Translations under genes and position numbers: made by a program
Notes under the pieces: generated by a model
What the model saw: the letters and a program-made list of their open reading frames with translations, nothing else
Databases searched by the model: none
What the model was told of the DNA's origin: nothing
In this document: positions 61,213 to 64,000 of the stretch, piece after piece
Numbering within the stretch: the first letter of the stretch is position 1
How the letters are laid out: every line of letters begins with the position of its first letter
Assembly: GCA_963759725.1 (NCBI GenBank)
Contig: CAVXAE010000003.1
Span: 194,406 to 258,405 of the forward strand
Direction: 5' to 3'
DNA from: an uncultured Gammaproteobacteria bacterium
GTDB taxonomy: Bacteria > Pseudomonadota > Gammaproteobacteria > Steroidobacterales > Steroidobacteraceae
DNA: 64,000 nt

Positions 61213-61891
61213 CCACCGGTTTGGATTCGGGCGACCCTCGTTGGCGCAGATAGATCGACAGGATCGCCATCGCCGCCAGCGACAGAAACTCGCTCTGCCA
61301 GTTCTGAAAGGACTCGAACCAAAACTGAGAGGTCGCGAGAAATCCCATCACGGAAACCACCTTACCGCCGTGCGCGAGCTGATCCTGGTTGTATTGTTCC
61401 GTGCCACCGATGGCATGCAGCGCGAACGAGAAGAGAAATAATGCGAGGAAAGCGAGCGTGAGGGAGTATTCGTAGAGGGTCAAAATCCATCCGCCGCGAC
61501 GCACCGGCCAAGGGGCTTCGCGCTTCGCCTTCGAGCGCCGGGGATCGCGGTCGACTGCCTGATCGCCCTCCAATTTCTTGGATTCGGAAGATCCTTTCTG
61601 GAACAGGAATGCGGTCAGCAGCACGTAAAACGCCATTTGCAGGAACTCACTTTCCCAATTCTCGGCGGTGGCCTCGATGAAGTGTCCGCTCGTGAGATAG
61701 GCGGGGAATGTCAGCTCAGGCTCGCCGTGCTCCTGCTGTTCGGCGTTGTACTCGTGAAGGCCGGTCAGAGTCTGACCGACCATGAAAATCACAAAGAGTG
61801 TGAGGACCGCGATCGAAAGGCCATTGCTGCGAAAAAAAGTGCGCAGGGACCCTACGGTACCGCGCGCACCCGCTTTCGCAACCGTCGCCAT
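61181..61891 (-). CDS. integral membrane protein with internal two-fold repeat (DUF6766-like)
   Basis: Two homologous halves, each ...YN..Q..HG...FL.S..F....NW.SEFL......L...L.Q.GS.ESK. Confidence 0.65.
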   Translation of the reverse strand: MATVAKAGARGTVGSLRTFFRSNGLSIAVLTLFVIFMVGQTLTGLHEYNAEQQEHGEPELTFPAYLTSGHFIEATAENWESEFLQMAFYVLLTAFLFQKGSSESKKLEGDQAVDRDPRRSKAKREAPWPVRRGGWILTLYEYSLTLAFLALFLFSFALHAIGGTEQYNQDQLAHGGKVVSVMGFLATSQFWFESFQNWQSEFLSLAAMAILSIYLRQRGSPESKPVDAPHSQTGAE

Positions 61892-61903
61892 ACTGGCGCC
61901 TCC

Positions 61904-62464
61904 TTACGCGTCGCGGTTGAGGAGCTTCGAAAGAACGCCGCCCCGTGGCTTCGCACCTGACCCGCTCATCAGCTCCTGCTTGCGGGCCGCAAGCTGCTGG
62001 CCGATTTCCTCAAGATCCATCTTCGAGGCACGCGCCTTGGCAAACATTCCACCCGGCTGCTCCTCTTCTTTCACGTGATGCTTGATCATCTCGGATAGCA
62101 CGGTCACGCGCGCGTCGTAGTAGTCCTCTTTAGGACCGGAGGCCTCGATGTCGGCAATGAGTCTCTTGGCCCCCTCATGCTCCACTTCGGCTTCATGGTG
62201 GAGATCTTCCTCTTGGGTCGCCTCAAGGAAGGCCGGATAAAAGATCTCCTCCTCGATAGCGGTATGGACCTGCAGGGCTTCGCAGATCTTGCCGGCCAGA
62301 TCCTTCTTGCGCTCGTCTGACCGTGCCTTCTCGAACTCTTTGAACCAGCCTTCGACCTGCCGATGGTCGGCCTTGAGCAGAGCGATGGCATCGCGGCTGG
62401 CACCGTTTTTCCGGGCGTGAGCAGTCGACCCGGTTTTAGCAGCCTTTTTGCGAGCTTTTGCCAT
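61904..62464 (-). CDS. hemerythrin (HHE cation-binding) domain protein
   Basis: DAIALLKADHRQVEGWF...HTAIEEEIFYPAF...HHEAEVEHEGAKRLI...HHVKEEE. Confidence 0.8.
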   Translation of the reverse strand: MAKARKKAAKTGSTAHARKNGASRDAIALLKADHRQVEGWFKEFEKARSDERKKDLAGKICEALQVHTAIEEEIFYPAFLEATQEEDLHHEAEVEHEGAKRLIADIEASGPKEDYYDARVTVLSEMIKHHVKEEEQPGGMFAKARASKMDLEEIGQQLAARKQELMSGSGAKPRGGVLSKLLNRDA

Positions 62465-62606
62465 GAAGATTCTCCCTGGGGTTAGGCTTATCGGACGTCG
62501 ATCTCTAGCAAAGTACGGACCCAGGACTTACCCACCCGATTCCGGGGCGTTACTCGCCGCGTCGTGGTGTGCGTCCGCTGCAAAGCAAACGGATGCTCTT
62601 GTTAGA

Positions 62607-62870
62607 TTAGAGCTGCAGGTCGTGCTCTGCTGCAAGCCAGTCATCCAGTTCGTGTCAGGGGGCAAAACCGCGCGCTTCGGCGAGTCGATAAGCTGCCTCG
62701 GCTTTACGTCTTTGCCGATCGTTTTCCTCTGTATCTTGGTGCCCGCTTGATCTTGCGAGAGCACCTTCGACTGCTGCATCCAATGCTTCGACCGACGCTT
62801 CCCATTCGATGCGAGTAGGGCTTACGGTTGTGGACATCGCTGTCATCATAGTAGTACTAGCCAAGGTCAC
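62607..62870 (-). pseudogene. DUF2934-family small protein interrupted by an in-frame TGA (62655-62657)
   Basis: AEAAYRLAEARGFAP-TGA-HELDDWLAAEHDLQL-TAA. The stop sits inside the conserved RGF..G..LDDWL.AE signature, and the downstream 15 codons stay in frame. Confidence 0.6.
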
Positions 62871-64000
62871 TTCAGGGCAAACAGGAGGAGCGAACGGCCG
62901 GTTACTCCGTAAACGCTTCCCGCGACAAATTCGGGAGCGGCATCGTCATCCGGCACATTGGTATCCAGCAGACGCTGCCAGGATGCAGAACCGGGCTGCA
63001 TGGGTAGCGTAAAGTCCACTAGATCGTGGTGGGCGTTAAGCACCAGCAGCATCGTCGCCTCAGTTCCCCGCTGGCGCACGCCGGTGGGCCTTGCGCGCCC
63101 GTCGATGAGCATGCCGAAGCACCGCATGCGCTCATCGGCCCAGTCCTCATCGCGCATCTCCGCGCCCGACGCGTTGATCCACGACAGATCCTTCACGTCC
63201 AGCTCCTCGTCAAAGGCCCCCGTGAGGAAGCGATTGCGGCGCAGGATTGCGTATTCGTGCCGCAGCGCCGTCAACCTCTGCACGAATCGGATCATTGACT
63301 GGCCGCGCTCGCTCCAGCTTCCAGTTGAGCCAGCTGATCTTCGTTGTCCTGACAGTAGGCGTTGTTGTTACCTCGCTGCGTCCGGCCGAACTCATCGCCG
63401 GCCAGCATCATGGGCGTCCCCTGAGACAGCAACAGCGTCGCGAGGAAGTTGCGGATTTGCCGCTCACGCAAATCCTTGACGGCAGGATCGTCGCTTGGAC
63501 CCTCAGCGCCACAGTTCCAGGAACGGTTGTCGCTGGTGCCGTCCTTGTTTTCCTCGCCGTTCGCCTCGTTGTGCTTGTCGTTGTAGCTGACGAGGTCGTT
63601 GAGCGTGAAACCGTCGTGCGCGGTGACGAAGTTCACGCACGCATAGGGCCGGCGGCCCAGGTGATTGAACACGTCGCCGGAGGCACACAGGCGCGGAGCC
63701 ATGGCCGCCGCACCGGCCTCGCCTCTCCAGAAATCCCGGCTCACGTCGCGGTATCGGTCGTTCCATTCCGCCCAACCCGGCGGAAAGGCGCCCACTTGAT
63801 ATCCACCGGGACCGCAATCCCACGGCTCGGCGATCAGCTTCACGGTTCGCAGCACCGGGTCCTGATTGCAGGCCTTCAGAAAGCCGCTCTGGTTGTCGAA
63901 GCCATCCGGCTCGCGGGCGAGGATGGTGCCAAGATCGAATCGGAAGCCGTCGACATGCAATTCGTTGACCCAGTAGCGCAAGCTGTCCATCACCATCTGG
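62867..64000 (-). pseudogene. glgX: glycogen debranching enzyme GlgX (GH13), C-terminal two-thirds; runs off the window; about 2 frameshifts near 63300-63340
   Basis: [51 protein letters not shown] (ORF 63292-3996). Then [10 protein letters not shown] in a second frame and [15 protein letters not shown]... (62867-63295). Confidence 0.8.

Noticed and set aside
62655-62657. Reading the in-frame TGA in the DUF2934 gene as selenocysteine.
   Set aside because: The family normally has Gly at this position, not Cys/Sec. No obvious SECIS-like hairpin follows immediately downstream, and no sel genes lie nearby. A nonsense mutation, a base-call error or simple readthrough is more likely.
1-64000. CRISPR arrays, tandem repeat arrays, rRNA genes, or intact prophage, IS or defence-system modules.
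   Set aside because: Reading both strands, I found no regularly spaced direct repeats, no cas-like or known defence signature proteins, and no rRNA-like sequence. Only fragments of mobile-element genes are present.

Overview
High-GC proteobacterial chromosomal segment. Gene content and the EF-G2-type paralog suggest Gammaproteobacteria, but this is not proven. About 55 features can be supported.

Housekeeping core: ychF-pth-rplY-prs on the minus strand, plus one tRNA-Met.

Accessory content:
- Three secreted YtcJ-like amidohydrolase paralogs and two class-III aminotransferases.
- TPR-sulfotransferase, GH97 glucosidase, ChrA and an RNase HI carrying a hybrid-binding domain.
- An EF-G2 paralog followed by a cytoplasmic trypsin-like protease.
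- A eukaryote-type PRMT-like methyltransferase.
- An APH-type kinase plus phospho-lyase-type aminotransferase pair, and a stress cluster (NnrD, histidine phosphatase, hemerythrin).

Dominant structural signal: gene damage is very patchy. In two blocks of about 9 kb (36-9102 and 30752-39367) every gene is split by several frameshifts. Long stretches between them are fully intact.

There are also discrete scars:
- An orphan 3' half of tRNA-Gln(UUG) next to an IS481-like transposase fragment (about 56.5-56.9 kb).
- A truncated catalase and a sugar-transporter stub.
- A decayed, more AT-rich 0.9 kb gap upstream of prs, where many relatives carry tRNA-Gln/ispE.
- An in-frame TGA inside a DUF2934 gene.

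I saw no CRISPR array, rRNA, intact mobile element or recognisable defence system. The most unusual intact locus is the PRMT-like gene divergent from the EF-G2/protease operon. All family assignments come from motif recognition by eye; no searches were run. Boundaries of frameshifted genes are approximate.
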